From Octopus sinensis (taxonomy: Eukaryota): a stretch of DNA of 64,000 nt. The stretch is from positions 89,342,001 through 89,406,000 of the forward strand of contig NC_042998.1 of NCBI RefSeq assembly GCF_006345805.1, in the 5' to 3' direction. Both the position numbers and the translations under genes were made by a program. Below the pieces are notes generated by a model. That model was not told the DNA's origin. It did no database searches and saw only the letters and a list, made by a program, of their open reading frames with translations. The first letter of the stretch is position 1. Every line of letters begins with the position of its first letter. Below, in pieces: positions 25,031 to 39,558 of this stretch.

Positions 25031-27120
25031 AGGTGTATATATGGAGATAGAAACAGGCTAAATTATAAGGAGAAGTATCTAGATAAACGATCGGTTACAT
25101 TGTATCGTGCATGAAATACTAAGTTTATTTCCACTCACCTGCTACCAAGATAACGAATACTTGAGTATTTGCAACAGGGAGTGTATGAGTTGAGATTGCT
25201 CAAACCTAAATAGTACACAATATTTGGTATGGATATTATTAATAATTAGGCGTGACTGTTCGATCTACAGCGGAATGAATGTGTTGAATCGCTAATATTT
25301 CATTAACGGTTTCAAGCAAAATTTGAAATTTCAAAGCAACTAATTTGTCAAAAAATTTTTTATATAAAATATAAAACGTCGAAGATACAAGGTATCCCCT
25401 TCACATTTTAGTACAGATCCTCTGCTACTCCAACATAGTTGCTAGCCATCTATACAGTGGATCATTGAATATTTCCATCTGCAAGCAATTGAGCATCTGT
25501 TTTCTGTTTCGACATTAGACTTGAAGAAATAAATGCTTTGTCCGAATACTTTCCTGCATAAAAATACAACTCAGATTAAGGTGGGGAAAGAGTATTTCTG
25601 TCCATGTAAAAACAAAGAAAAAGAATGTAATATTAACGATTAAAAAATAATAAAAGAAAAATGAAAACAAAAGTAATTCTATAAACACGGAACATGTGGG
25701 GTTATAAGGTTCTAACAATTAAATAACGAGATATTTTGGAAATAGTAAAACTATTGAGATCTAGCCAAAATGTTATACACTCGCCTTAGTTCTCACAGCG
25801 TAATATTTCAGGGGACTACATTTATAATTTCTCTTTACTCTGAAATGGAAAGTAACTGTTGAAATATTAAATTCAATACCAAAATGATGTTAGTTGGTAA
25901 CTAACTAGTGGCCTTTCTAGTCAAATAATTGCTTAGATATTTCGTCCCTTTTTTTCTTTCAAGGATCGGTGACGGTGTATGTTTCACGACATCTGATTTC
26001 AATAAACTAGAGTATATAGGGTACCCCACCCAATGTTGTATTGTGAGTCATATTATTGTCAAAGAGAAAAAGAAATGGAATACAGAGGATGAAGAACAGA
26101 GCTAAGGGGACATAAAGTTAGGATTTACCTTTCAAGTAGAAAGTGTATTTAGCATGATGTTTGACTAAACGCCCATAATATCAGAGTATAAATACTAACG
26201 AATATCAACACACACTGGCGTGCGCGCACGTACACACACATGCACAGAGACACACACACATACGCACACGTGATGCATACTGTTTTAAAAATAGCGACAA
26301 ATAGCTCAGCCCTTTAACACGTCGCCTCAAAACTATATAAACACAAATGGAAAATATGGCAACAAATGTTGAGAACAAAAACAACAAGCATGATAATAAC
26401 GATAACAATCAGCAGCAGCAAAAGCAGCAGTGGTTGAGTGTATATTATCAGGTAAAGAAAAAATGCTAAGTAATTTGATAGATGTTTGGGTGTTATCATG
26501 TTGAAGATATGAATTTTTCTTTCAGAGCAAAGTGAAAATGTTATCAAGAACAAATCTTTGTTTAAGCAGTAATGGAAGCTGTTTGATCTAAATAAAAAGT
26601 TATAGAAGTTAGTTTATTTAGAAAAAAACCCCAAAAGAACAAACAAATAAAGTTACACTTGTATTGAACGTGTTTTTTCTTTTCATACGTTGAATGTCAT
26701 TTCCTATCTTCAAATGGCACATCGACCTTTCCCGAGACTAAATTGTTGCTTATGAAATTTTAGATTTTGGACTTTCGTTCCTGTCACGTTTCGATGTCGC
26801 AAATATATTTACATAACCTTCAAATTTATTCAGTTGTATGGAATCTGAGAATACCCTATGGTCCATTTGATAAGACGGTGAGGGGCTTCTGTGAGTGGTT
26901 CTTCAACCAAAGAATCTATTTATAAAGATTATGTTTCACCTCCTGATTTCAATTCTGAAATAAAAAATCTGCTTTAAACAAGTTTCTGATATCAAAAATA
27001 TTTCAGAGTTCCTTAGATTATCACAAACAAACACCTACCCACCCCGCACCCCCGCCACACAGACACATACACACCACAACCACCCTCATATATATATATA
27101 TTACTGACTAACATATAATG

Positions 27121-27163
<43 letters not shown>

Positions 27164-27174
27164 AAGTGTGTATA

Positions 27175-28070
27175 TTGGGTCATCCCATATACTTTTATTT
27201 TTTAGAATTAACATAAACAAGGTTCTTTTTTAATCTAAAATATACTCTCCTTCATTTTCTACATTACTCTTCCATCTATCTGGTAGACTTGCAAGGACAC
27301 TCTTCCCAAAATCCCTTGTCTTCCAGTACTGTTCTGACCTCTTCTACAGAATTCATATTTTTTCCTTCCAAATGGTTTTGAAGGCTACGGAATAAATTAT
27401 ATTTAGATGGAGCAACGTCCGGAGAATATGATGGGGTGGGTGGGGAGGTAATAGTTTTCCATTCAAACTGTTCCAGCCTTTGGAATGTCATCCTCACTGT
27501 ATGTAGCCGAGCATTATCCTGATCGGAGAACACCTTTTGTCTTGAAACCAAAGATGGTCGTTTTTTCTTCTAGTACTGACTTGAATAACTGGCTGAATGA
27601 CCCAGTCTAAGCTTCTCTGCTAGTTCCTAAACAGTTACGATGGGATTTTGTTCCACGAGGATTTGCAGGACGTCCTCGTTAAGCTCTTCAGATCTTCCAG
27701 GATGAGGCTCGTCTTCTACACTGTAGTTACCGGGTCGGAATTTCTGGAACCACAGTTGAGACTGGCTTATGCTTATTGTCCGATCCCCATATACTGCATT
27801 AATATTCCTCGCACTCTCCGTTGCGTTGTTGCTTTTATTGAACCTACAAAGCAAAATATGCCGAATATGCACCTTTGTCACTTCCAGTATAGTTTTGAAT
27901 AAATAACTTTTAAAATCGAACTGCACTCTTCAAAACTTGCACTAAGAATAAAGACAAGGTAAAATTACTACCTGCTTTTATAGCAAGTTGATGCAGGTAG
28001 TCTATCTTGTCCCCCTACGACTTATAGTTCATGTAATTGAAAAAACCGCATTACCTATGGGATCACCCAA
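27175..28070 (-). mobile_element. Internally deleted mariner transposon
   Basis: TIRs TTGGGTCATCCCATA / TATGGGATCACCCAA with TA flanks. Peptides HIRHILLCRFNKSNNATESARNINAVYGD (HTH), QDNARLH and PSYSPDVAPSKYNLFRSLQNHL. Confidence 0.92.
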
Positions 28071-28071
28071 T

Positions 28072-28121
<50 letters not shown>

Positions 28122-28688
28122 AAAGAGGGTTTAAAAATGCAGAGGTCTTTTAAAGATGTTTATTGACTTAACCGATTTCACTTCTTGAAAAAAAAATTAC
28201 TAAAAGTAAAATGTAAAGCTCTGTATAGGCTTTGTTTTGTTAAAAAATGGTTATCATAATTGTATTAAAATACAGTTATACAGTCTTTGATAAGGATAAG
28301 AAAATGTTAAAAAATAGAGGGGCTTTTTGTTTAAACAGTTTACATGAAAGTGTTCAAAATAGGTAGTAAAATACATTTATAGTTATTTTTAGTTCATCAA
28401 ACCAACAGAGTGTCTCAAGTTCCAAGTGCTTTGTGCTCACGGAAATTACCGAGTTCTTTGTGATAATATTTCGAGTCAAATGCACGCATACATATATTTT
28501 TATAATGTAATGTCACTTGTAAGGTCACTCATGAGTGCTACTGGCAACATAAAATCAAGTACAATCTATTGCACGGTTGGGTCATCGGCGACTAAAACGG
28601 CACCCCACTAGACTTTCCTAATGAGACGGATTGCTGGAAACCTAACTGGGCTAAAAACAAGACCCCTTCTAAACAACAGATGAACCTC

Positions 28689-28807
<119 letters not shown>

Positions 28808-29871
28808 ACGGAGAAATACTAATACTATTACTTGATTAATCTAGATGTTGTGACCATGCTGAGGCATCACCAATAGTGTGATTGCTAATTTATTTCAATT
28901 CACTTTCACGCTCTTCCTCAATACCTGGTCCTGATAAATTAGTGAATTGGAAAGTTCACCCTTTTTTGCGTTTCTTCTCATGATGTGCATTCATCTGGTA
29001 TCTCAGATAGTTCTTTTGGAGGAGTGGGTGTGGACCCCTCAAACACAAATTGCTACAGTATTTGGTCCCGACTTCAAATAAAGAGCATTAAGGAAATCTC
29101 AGCACCATGCAATGGCATCTAGCTCGGGAGTTGGTATAGATTTCAATCCAAAAGTTAGGTACCAGACGATCCAGAATCTTACATAACATCACAGCATATC
29201 TTTCGTGTCTTCCATCTTGAGAGTTGAGCCTCGAAACTTTTAGCTTCAACGTGTGGCTCAACTATTGCACTGAGCCAATCTTCTAGCTCTAACAGAGTTA
29301 TATTGACTCCAGCTCCTCTATTAGTTTGACACTATGTGGTAGCTATAATTGGGAGAAGATAAATACAGGATATTTAAAAATATGTAAACAAATAGAGCAA
29401 CTAAGAAATATATAGGGAATTGAACAACTAGAAGGAAATTAATTAAACTAATAATAGAATTTCCCTAGCGCTATGATTTAGAGTTCACGCTGGCAGAAAA
29501 GCAGAATAATTTTATCTCTGGTAAAAAAAGCAAAAGAAAATCAAGATATCATTAATCAGATCTAATTAGTTTGCCGGCTACAATTGACTAGCTGACAAAC
29601 AGCTTATTTCATTTGTAAATATACATACATATGTGTGTATGCGTGAGTATGTTTGTGTGTACGTTTGTGTGTGCGTGAGTGTGCATGCGCGTGTACGTGC
29701 GCACGCGCGAGTGTGTGTGTGTGCGCGTGGGCGTGGACGTGCTTATACGTACGCACATGCACACATACATATATGTGTGTGTGTGTAAGTGTGAGTGTGT
29801 GTGTGTGCGTGCTTGTGTGTGTTTATGTATGTATGTATGTATGTATGTATGTATGTATGTATGTATGTTTG

Positions 29872-29903
<32 letters not shown>

Positions 29904-29904
<1 letters not shown>

Positions 29905-30057
29905 CGAGAATTCACAAAAAACAAAAGACGAAGACAGGTGGTATAGACAACAAACAGATGTATTAGTATAACGCTCGTGAGGTGAAAAGCTCTTTAACGT
30001 TTCGAGCCTACGCTCTTCCAGAGAGAGGAACGCAAAAAGAAACAAGGAGAGAAAATA

Positions 30058-30059
<2 letters not shown>
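29904..30059 (-). mobile_element. Short Penelope-pseudo-LTR-like element inserted in (TA)n, with a hammerhead-like motif
   Basis: Minus strand reads CTGGAAGAGCGTAGGCTCGAAACGT; the element is flanked on both sides by (TA)n. Confidence 0.5.
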
Positions 30060-30146
<87 letters not shown>

Positions 30147-31366
30147 CAGAAACTAACTGTAACTCTACTCTTTTTGTAGACTTTTCTCCTCAGCTTTCTT
30201 GCAAAAGAAATGGAACTCGCTTTTAAATGCAAAAAAGAGCAAGCCAAATTTGCATTACTGTGCTTGTGGTATTGCCATCTAGGTCAATTTGGTACAATGC
30301 AATTTTAATGATGGATTACCATTCGATTTTTTAATCGATTCCTTTGTCACTCTGCTGCAACCCTATGACACTGGAAACATTTCGATGTAATTCTCTACAA
30401 AGTGATTTCACCAACCAGATTACTACTGGAAAGTCTATGATAAAAAGACGCAGGTCACTACAAAAATGGTTCACGTAAATAAATAAGGGTCTTTTACTAT
30501 CTTCACTATCTACCCATTAAATTAATAGATTTTTTTTTTGCAATGCAGATGGGAACTCGACATAAAACTCATTCGTAATACTGATCAACACGTTTTGGTG
30601 CTATATAATCTAGACATATTTTTAGTTATGTTTAGAGTGTTCATTCCCATAATTGTAGTAACTTTGATCTACCAGTTCTAATTAATTAATAGCCTACTAT
30701 TTTGATACAAAAATAACAACAATATTTACGCTATGAATATATATTATACTTTTAAAGTAACCACATATTACTAAATCAGGTCATGTCAGTACAAAAGTTT
30801 CTTACATTGAAATCTACTGTAACTGCAACATTGAAAGTAAGTATCAAAAATGAAATGACCTGTCATTTACACTTTTTTAGATTTTTCTAGAGCGAGATTT
30901 ACATCATAGTCTTCGCTTAAATCATCAAACTATTCTGGAAAATTATCTAAGGAACTGTAAAGAAAATGGACTTCGATGATCGTGCTAAGTCAGAGTAATC
31001 TACTTTACGGGTAGCATACAAATCTGTTGATAGCCAAAACAAATTACGCCAATGCATAGCAATTCTTTATCATAGTACGGGAGTACGAAGATGTGTTTAT
31101 AGACGGTTCGGCGATTTCTCAATTGAACACGGAAAAGGTCTCCGCTGATAACTTATGCTTATTTGCCATTATTTGTTTATCATTTATACACTTTTGGAAT
31201 TTTATTAAGAAACAAAATAAATTGAAACACAAACTTCACATACACATGCGCTCACGCGCACACACACATACACACACATATATACACTCATATATATATA
31301 CACACACACACACGAACACACATGCATATACATGCATATATACATACATGCATACATATATACATA

Positions 31367-31715
31367 CATGGCTCAGTGGTTAGAACATCGAGCTTACAAT
31401 CGTGAGGTTGTGAGTTCGATTCCCGCACTGGGCTGCATGTTTTGTTCGTGAGCAAGACATTTCACATTGCTCCACTTCATCCAACTGTAGAAATGAGTTG
31501 CGACGTCACTGGTACTAAGCTGTATGGGCCTTTGCCTTTCCCTTGGATAACATCGGTGGCGTGAAGAGGGGAATCTGGTATGCATGAGCGACTGCTGGTC
31601 TTCAATAAAAACAACTCTCGTTTGTACGTTCGCCTGTGAGGCGACTTTTCGCCCAGATTTGTACCCCGGAGAGGAACCTCTTAGGTGCAGCCATGGTCAT
31701 TCGTGACCGACGGAT
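31367..31715 (+). mobile_element. tRNA-derived SINE (family D)
   Basis: TGGCTCAGTGGTTAG A box and GAGTTCGATTCC B box; aligns along its length with 58788-59117. Confidence 0.85.
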
Positions 31716-33332
31716 TTATCTACTGTATATATATGTGTTTATTTATTTATTTATTTATTTATTTATTTTATAGCTTATGGCATAAAGATTATAACATATA
31801 ACTAATAGCGTGTAGTAGTGTGTTCACATACCTTACTGATTTAGCATTATGTTGTACAGGAAGATGCTTTACGTCTGAACATGTCTAACAAAGTTTGCAC
31901 TTAATGCTTCGAAAACTTGCATGGGCTTTTGAAAATGACCTAGCAGTAACTAATATTCGTATAATATAACATTTAGCTATTTACGGACTGCTCTTTTACT
32001 ACATAGCTTTGACTACCAACAAAGAAAAACTTTGCATTGTTTAAAGAATTACTTGATAAACACTAACAGAGTATTCTAATGTGTATGAATGAGGATATTA
32101 AATAGAGAAGAAAACGTGTTTATTTTCGTACTTTCTTAATTTTAAGATTCTATTCTGATGTGAATTACCAATACGGTTACTGATATTTGGAGGTTTCCCA
32201 CGGTTGTAGGTTACTCTGGTCATATTAACTTACGGTATTCGTATTTTATTTCACAATGATATATAAGACGAATGAGTTGTTAGTCTGTGTTACCAAGACT
32301 TTAAACAGGCTATCATTGTCTTTTCTATCAAATTTCTTGATTGCACACAGGCGGCATAATTGTCCGTAAAAGTGATCGCTATCGTAAATAGACGTCTGTA
32401 TTTCCATCAATACAGATGACTATGATATGAATGTGGCTCACGACTGCACCAGTTTACAAAACTACGCTTTAGTCACTACATTGTTTAAAGGCTGTGGTAA
32501 AAATTTCTAATATTTTCATAATAATCTAGCATTGTTGATATTTCGTTATTTTTAATTGATGCTGGTCGCAACTTTCTTTCTGAGTTTGCTTAAAGATTAC
32601 AGCATCATAGTAGGATTACATTCTTTGTGGGCGTTGTTTGCGTGTCATTTTCGAATCACAATTGCGAACACTTTAATTTAACGTAGGTTTTTAATGTCAT
32701 TCAGGGAGATAACCATATGGCATAACCTTATTATTCATCTGTAACAAACTTTGGAATTAATACCGATTCCTAATATTGTAAAAAGACTCCACATTTGTAA
32801 AGGAGGCTAGACTGAACCAGTTTGACTCTTATTATTTAACTAGTATCAAATGTATAGACTCCCGAAGGAAGAATAGCTATGAGGCTCTTTGATAGGATTT
32901 TTACTCAAAACGTAAAGATTTAATTCATTATTATTTAATTATTAGAAGCCATACTATCATTTTTGACCACCATTGTCATATTCATTAATAGTAATAGACT
33001 ACAGGCATCAAATGAAAGGAGTTGTCATTACATTGAATTACTATTTGTAATCATGCAAGACATAGCTGAACTTGGCCGGATTTGAACACAGAGAGTAAAG
33101 GACGGCAATTATATTCCACAACGATCTACCACGTCTACCAACCCATCGACTCTTTATGCGTTCATATTGAATTTTTTTAAATGTGGTGTATTGATGAAAT
33201 CGGCAGAGTGCCAGACAAATTGTGTGACGAAATTTCTTGGCAAAGATTATCTTTTCGACTCTCATTATCTGATTGGTACTTAATTTACCAAATCCTGTAT
33301 TCGAGTAAGAAGCCAGTGCTAATATATAAACC

Positions 33333-33415
33333 AGCATCATGTCTGAGTGGTTAAGACGTTGGACTAAATTTCCAATGGACATCTGTCCGCATGGATTCGG
33401 TCACCACTCACGCTA
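33333..33415 (+). pseudogene. Decayed tRNA-Leu(TAA)-type gene (83 nt, long variable arm)
   Basis: AGCATCA-TGTCTGAGTGGTTAAGACG-TTGGA CTAAATT TCCAA-TGGACATCTGTCCGC-ATGGATTCGGTCACCAC-TCACGCT-A follows the metazoan Leu(TAA) layout. The acceptor stem, T arm and anticodon loop are mutated. A T-run lies at ~33425-33434. Confidence 0.75.
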
Positions 33416-36400
33416 ACAACTGGGTTTTTTTTTATTATAATTGATCGAAATGTTTTCTTATGAAAGACGCACTTCACTATATTTGAAGTTGCGTATTCTG
33501 AATAGTTTCACTGATATGATTAGTTTAACTTTTGCTTATTTTTTATTGATATACTTTTCGTTATTCCGTGTTTTATTTTCTTTCGTTTTAGATCATTCAT
33601 TATATCAGTCTTGCCATTTTTCAATTATTTTGTTGTATATTTTCTTTCCATTTAATTTTTTACTGTGGAGTACTGAAGACCCAGCCTAGTTTTCTTTATA
33701 CTACCTCTACTATTTTATAGATCAGATTATTCAGTCTGTTTTATTTTTGAGTAATTTGTTCCAGTGCATTTAATTTCTTGCAAAGTCATGCTACATTTAT
33801 TCAGTTTTTCATGGTGTTGTTTGTTTGTGATAAACAACTTATAGCTTGGATAGGTATTCACCTTGATCCAAGCTATTTTTGAATATTGTTTCTGTGCAGT
33901 CGCATTCAATGTTAAATCAGTATTTTGTTTGTTGTGAAATGGTGGGTTGAAGGGATACTTTTGTTATGTTACCGTGGAGACGTCTATTGCCCTCGTCATC
34001 ATTCTGGATTTTAATTCTCTCTTCTTTGTATGATTTTGATTTGCTTTAATGCCTTATTTGTAATTGGGTGATGATCTCTATAGTATTTCTTTGTGTTTTG
34101 GAGTCTTACTGTCTGCTCGTCTGTGCATATTCTTTTGTGCATTCTTAAGTGTTTTCTATGTGGAGGTGTCTATTATATTTCTTTTATTAGTTTGTGGGAG
34201 GTCATCTCTTTTAAGTAAAATTAGTTGTTTAGCATAATTTTCACTCTTTTGCTAGTTAATCCATGCCATGTTCAGACCCTTCTCTCTTCTTCAGTGTTTA
34301 ATTATTATTTTACTGATCAGTAATTAATCTTCTTTGCCACACGAGCCTTTGCACGTGTGCGTTTGTATCTTTGTATGAATTAGTGTGTCTTTGGGTGTGA
34401 GTCTGTTTTTATGTGAGTGTGTGGGTGCGTACGCGTGCTTATTGAACTAATTGACTTATTCTTGGTAAACCATTCTGGTGAGACTGCAACTCTCACATGT
34501 AGATATATGCACAAGGTGAAAGAAATGTACACACACTTTACACACGCTGCATAGAGAGAGTGGGAAGACAGAATGGATGGAAAGAGAGAGAGAGATGGGG
34601 AGAAAAAAGAGAGCGAAGTGGGGAGAAAGGAAGAGAGAGGAAGATAGAAGAGAGAGTGAGAGAGAGAAGAGAGAGGGGAGAGAAAAGAGGGAGAAGAGAG
34701 TGAAGAGAGATGGAAATAAGAAGAGAAGGAGAAAGTGATTATATATACTGATTCAGTAGACCTACGATAATCTAATCAACTAATTGACACTACAACTTCA
34801 AATGAAAATCTTTCATGTGGAGTTTGAAATTTGTCTTGGAGTATTTTCAGGGCTCATACAGGAGACATGTTTGGCGTTTGATTACAGCGTAAATTTCATG
34901 ATGCTATTTATGAAATCATGAAAACATTTACTAAAGTGCTTTCGATTAGATTTTAACAGAATTCATGCTGTCCTGAATTATATCAAACAAGTAATTCTTC
35001 GTAATTATTTCTAATTCTTAAATTCAGCTGAGTACAGAAACTGAAAGAGAGAGAGAGAGTGTGTGTGTGAGAGAGAGAAGCGAGATGACTGAATACTTTG
35101 TTACTTGCTTGTTTTATCCTTACTCGATGAGAGCTTGACCCAAGAGAAAAGTGTTTGCCTTATGTCTTCAATAGACTCAAGTACACGACTTTTTTTCTAT
35201 TTAGCAGCCAGGCAGGCGGAAACTGCCTATTCTTCCTGACCAAGGTAAAGTATTGGGGTGAAACTCGCAGATGATTCGACCAATAACCGGATTTGTCCTA
35301 TACGTAGCAAAACATTAGTCCGTTACGACAAAACAGTTAGATACTGAACAACTGCGTATAGCGCTGTTCCGTTGCAAGCCATACATACAAAACAGTTCGG
35401 TCATTGACCATACTAAGCACAGTGTATCAAATTTTACTTAAAACTCCAAAATAGATAAAGCCAACAACTCTAACTTCGTATACTGCGAAAAGTATGAATA
35501 TTCAATTATCAAATGAAACAGAATTCTATGTTCGAAACTGGCGTACAAGAAAATCTTTGTGGTGGAAATAGCTATGTTGTTCTAATTTTATAGCCGAGGA
35601 TGCTGGAAATCACATTATTTTTAGATGGACATGTTATATATAGTGTTTATTCTTTTATACCTAATAACGAACAGCAAATACTTCTCTTAATAATATACAT
35701 ATATACATACATGAATACGCACACACACATACATACATGCATGCATACATATATACATACATGCATACATATGTACATACATACACACTCATACACTCAC
35801 ACATACACACACACACATATATATATATACATATATATATATATACATATATAAAAATACATACGTTTGCAATTAAATGTTTCTTTTAACATACATATTT
35901 GGCTTCTTTTAGCTAAATTATCACGAGAAACAATATTTTATGTAATGATATAAACATTAGTTTATATGATGTTAGATTCCTTAACAGCATACACAATTTG
36001 TCAGAATTTCATTAACTACTTATGTCATTATTACCAAGTCTAGTTGAAATATTTTGTAATTATCACGTTGAAATGTATGCTCTGTGTATTTATACAGAAG
36101 CCTCTTTAACAGTTAACATTTCAAGTATTATAAATATTTCATGCATCCCTATGCGGCATATATTTTCCAGTAACTAGTCATACTATACATAGTAATGGAT
36201 AAATAACCAGTTTATAGAACTTAATCTTATGTTCTTAGTATTCTAGGGTGTCTTCGTGTTATCCTTAGAAACATTCTCTTTCACTGAGTCATACTATTAA
36301 ATGAACTCAAAATATTTTGCCACCGTTAGTCATTTCTATAAATTTATGATGTAAATAGCCAAATTCACCGTTTATAGATTAGAAAACGCGATAAAATAAT

Positions 36401-36980
36401 CTGAGGAGGTTTTATATAAATATTGACAGATATACTTAAAGACAAAAGCAACTGCACTCTGTAGCATGCTTGATGGTTTTGCCTACTCACAGTTTTAACA
36501 CATCTTTTAAAGGTTTTGTGTATTACTACTTGAGGAAGTGCTATTGTTTCGACTCCCAAAGGAATATCACGGAAATGAAGAAGGCTGCTAAGATAATGCT
36601 TTTGAGTACTCAAAAATTAGCTGGTACATTTCACCACCTCAGAAATTATGACATCAATTAAGGCTAAAGGAAATAACACAGATGTTTCTTAATACTCCAT
36701 CTTTAACTAAAACACTTCAGACATAATTCAAAGAAATCTTCACTGGAAGTAGTCTATTGTTTTAACTATAGAGAAAATAAATAAATTAGCAATGTTTCAT
36801 TAGATTACAATCAGCATTTAACGTAGACATCCGTTCACGCTGAAATAGGAGAAACAAAAAATAGTATAATAATAAAAATGAATTCAAAACTCTGACACCT
36901 CGGCAGAATTTGAACTCAGAAGAAATGTCGCGAAGCATTTTCTACGACGTACTAACGATAAAATTAATAATTATATCAAA

Positions 36981-37186
36981 TTTTGGCACGAGGCCAGTAA
37001 TTTTGAGATGGGAGTTAAGTCGATTGTATCGAAATCAGTACTCAACTGGTGAATAGTGAACTGGTCAACTCGAAATGATGAATGGTAAGGTCAACCTCAG
37101 TCCAATTTGAACGCAGATCATAAAAACGGACGAAATACCGCTAAGCATTTTGCCCGGTGAGCTAACGATTTTGCCAGCTCGGCACC
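36981..37186 (-). mobile_element. SINE family A copy
   Basis: Reverse-complement homology to 4675-4886. Confidence 0.75.
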
Positions 37187-37416
37187 TTAACGATAATAGT
37201 AATAATAATAATGATGGTCACTCCCGTCGATTTCGACGTATGTTTGAATGAAAGGATTCAAAGAAAAAAGAAAGGGTTAAAAATAAAGAAGCTGCATCTA
37301 TTATCGATGGATGCGTAAATGTAATTTGAGCCCTGGTATGGATGTTGCAATGAAGTCACAAAGAGGACAACAATGATTTTGATTTTGCCTGAGATTGGAT
37401 AAATGTGTCTATTGAT

Positions 37417-37417
<1 letters not shown>

Positions 37418-37477
<60 letters not shown>

Positions 37478-37487
37478 TAATAATAAA
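37418..37487. repeat. (AAT)n microsatellite
   Basis: Read directly from the sequence. Confidence 0.95.
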
Positions 37488-38491
37488 CTAGCGGGAACCG
37501 TGAATATTTTGCAGAATGAATGGTAAACCTATTGGGTCATTACTGAAAACTTTATCTAAAAAACCTGAAAGTGTAGCTTGTGTTGTCTGTATGAAAAGAT
37601 TTTCACCTTCCAACGAGCATCAGATGAGTTAAGAAGGCATCTTAGCTCATCTGATACTCATTGGAAGGTGAAAGAAATTGGAATACGATGATTACTTAAT
37701 GCACTTTACATATACGCTTTATATACTTTGTGCACAATTTTGTAGACTTGATACACAGCACTCATAAAATAAATATTCACTCTCATTTTTCCATTTCCCC
37801 ATAAACAAAAAAATATCACCTACATATGATACAACCTTTAGTTAAATTGCGTATGTCTGCAACGTATATAAGCGTGAATATTTCACAGAATTACAATTAT
37901 GCGCATGCGTTAAGTGATAGGTGATATAAAAAACTTAGTTCAATTTTAAAAATATACTTTTCACTATCCAATCACCACTGCTACCTTCACCACTACCACC
38001 ACCTCAATCTCCAGCTCCACCACCACTATCATCATCAGCTCTCTCCCTATCTCTCTCTCTCCCCCATCCCTCCACTAAAATTATATTTTTAATTCTCCTC
38101 CGCTATATCATCACTACCTTCAGCTAACTTTCTAACCACGTAATAAAGATTACGTTCCCACTACCTCACATCATGGATGCTTCTCTCTCCCTCTTTTTGT
38201 CTCTCCGTCTTTTTCTCTCTCCGTTTTTTCTCTCTCCATCTTTTTCTTCTCCCTTTCTCTGTTTCACTCTTCGCCTTATCCTCTTTATCTCTCTCCTTTT
38301 TTTCTTTCTCCTCTCTTTCCCTTCAATAATCACGTGAAAGCGCTACAATTACATTTCCTCTACCTCACGTCATGGACGCTTCTCTGTCCCTCCTTTTCTC
38401 TCTCTTTTTCTTTCACCCACTTTTTCCCTAATCACGTGAATGCGTTACCGACGTGCTAAGTAAGGGAATGACAAAGAGAATTATTATAAGA
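37488..38491 (-). mobile_element. Non-autonomous Helitron (~1.0 kb)
   Basis: The minus strand starts TCTTATAATAA and ends CCCGCTAG, sitting between host A and T with no TSD (A|TC...CTAG|T). Confidence 0.7.
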
Positions 38492-38705
38492 TCCTTTCTA
38501 CTATAGGCACAAGGCCTGAAATTTTGTGGGAGGGGACTTGTCCTTTACATTGACCCCAGTGTTTCACTGGTACTTAATTTATAGACCCCCGAAAAGATGA
38601 GTGGCGAAGTTGATCTCAGCGGAATTTGAACTCAAAGCGTAGCGACGGGCGAAATACCGCTAAGCACTTCGTCCGGAATGATAACGAATCTGTCAACTTG
38701 CCGCA
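38492..38705 (-). mobile_element. SINE family A copy
   Basis: Full-length reverse-complement homology to 4675-4886. Confidence 0.8.
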
Positions 38706-38734
38706 TTAATAATAACAACAGCAACAACAACAAC

Positions 38735-38807
<73 letters not shown>

Positions 38808-38808
38808 A
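38735..38808. repeat. (AGT)n microsatellite
   Basis: Read directly; source of the poly-S and poly-L ORF tracts. Confidence 0.95.
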
Positions 38809-38813
38809 TAATA

Positions 38814-39558
38814 AGAGAAGCTCAGGACTCAAATCAGAGACAGAGGGATTTTTAATAGCAGCACAAGAGCAAAGCCTCCCCACCAGAAATTACCGAAAAT
38901 ATATAATGAAAAGAAATGTAACAAGTAACTGCAGAATATGTGGAGATGGACAAGAAACAATAAATCATATTATCTCTGGCTGCCCAGTCCTGGCTAAGAA
39001 GGAATATATTCACAGACACGACAGAATTGGGACCTACATACACTGGAAGCTATGCCAACATTATGGAATAACAACAGAAAAAAGATGGTATAGGCACACA
39101 CCAGAAAAGGTCACAGAAACGAGAAAGCATCCATACTCTGGTATATGCCAATACACACAGAGAAATTAAGGCCAACAGACCAGATATAGTTGTCAGAGAT
39201 AAGGAAGGTAAAAATGCTTTCTAATTGATGTATCAATACCGGCAGATGACAACGTGTCTCTAAAACAAATGGAGAAACTTTCAAAATACAAAGACCTGGA
39301 AATAGAGGTAACTCGAATGTAGAATCTAAAAACAGAATCAATTCTTATCATTAGGCATGGTAAAAAAAATATTCAGACAAATACATAACAAAAACACCAG
39401 GACTTACAAACACATATCACATACAGAAAATCGCACTACTGGGAACTGCCCACATCCTACGCAAAACACTTACAATACAGTAACCATCAGAGCATCACAG
39501 CAACACACAGCACATACCCAAGGCACACAGAGCTGCGCTCGGTAGTGAAGTGAAAGCA

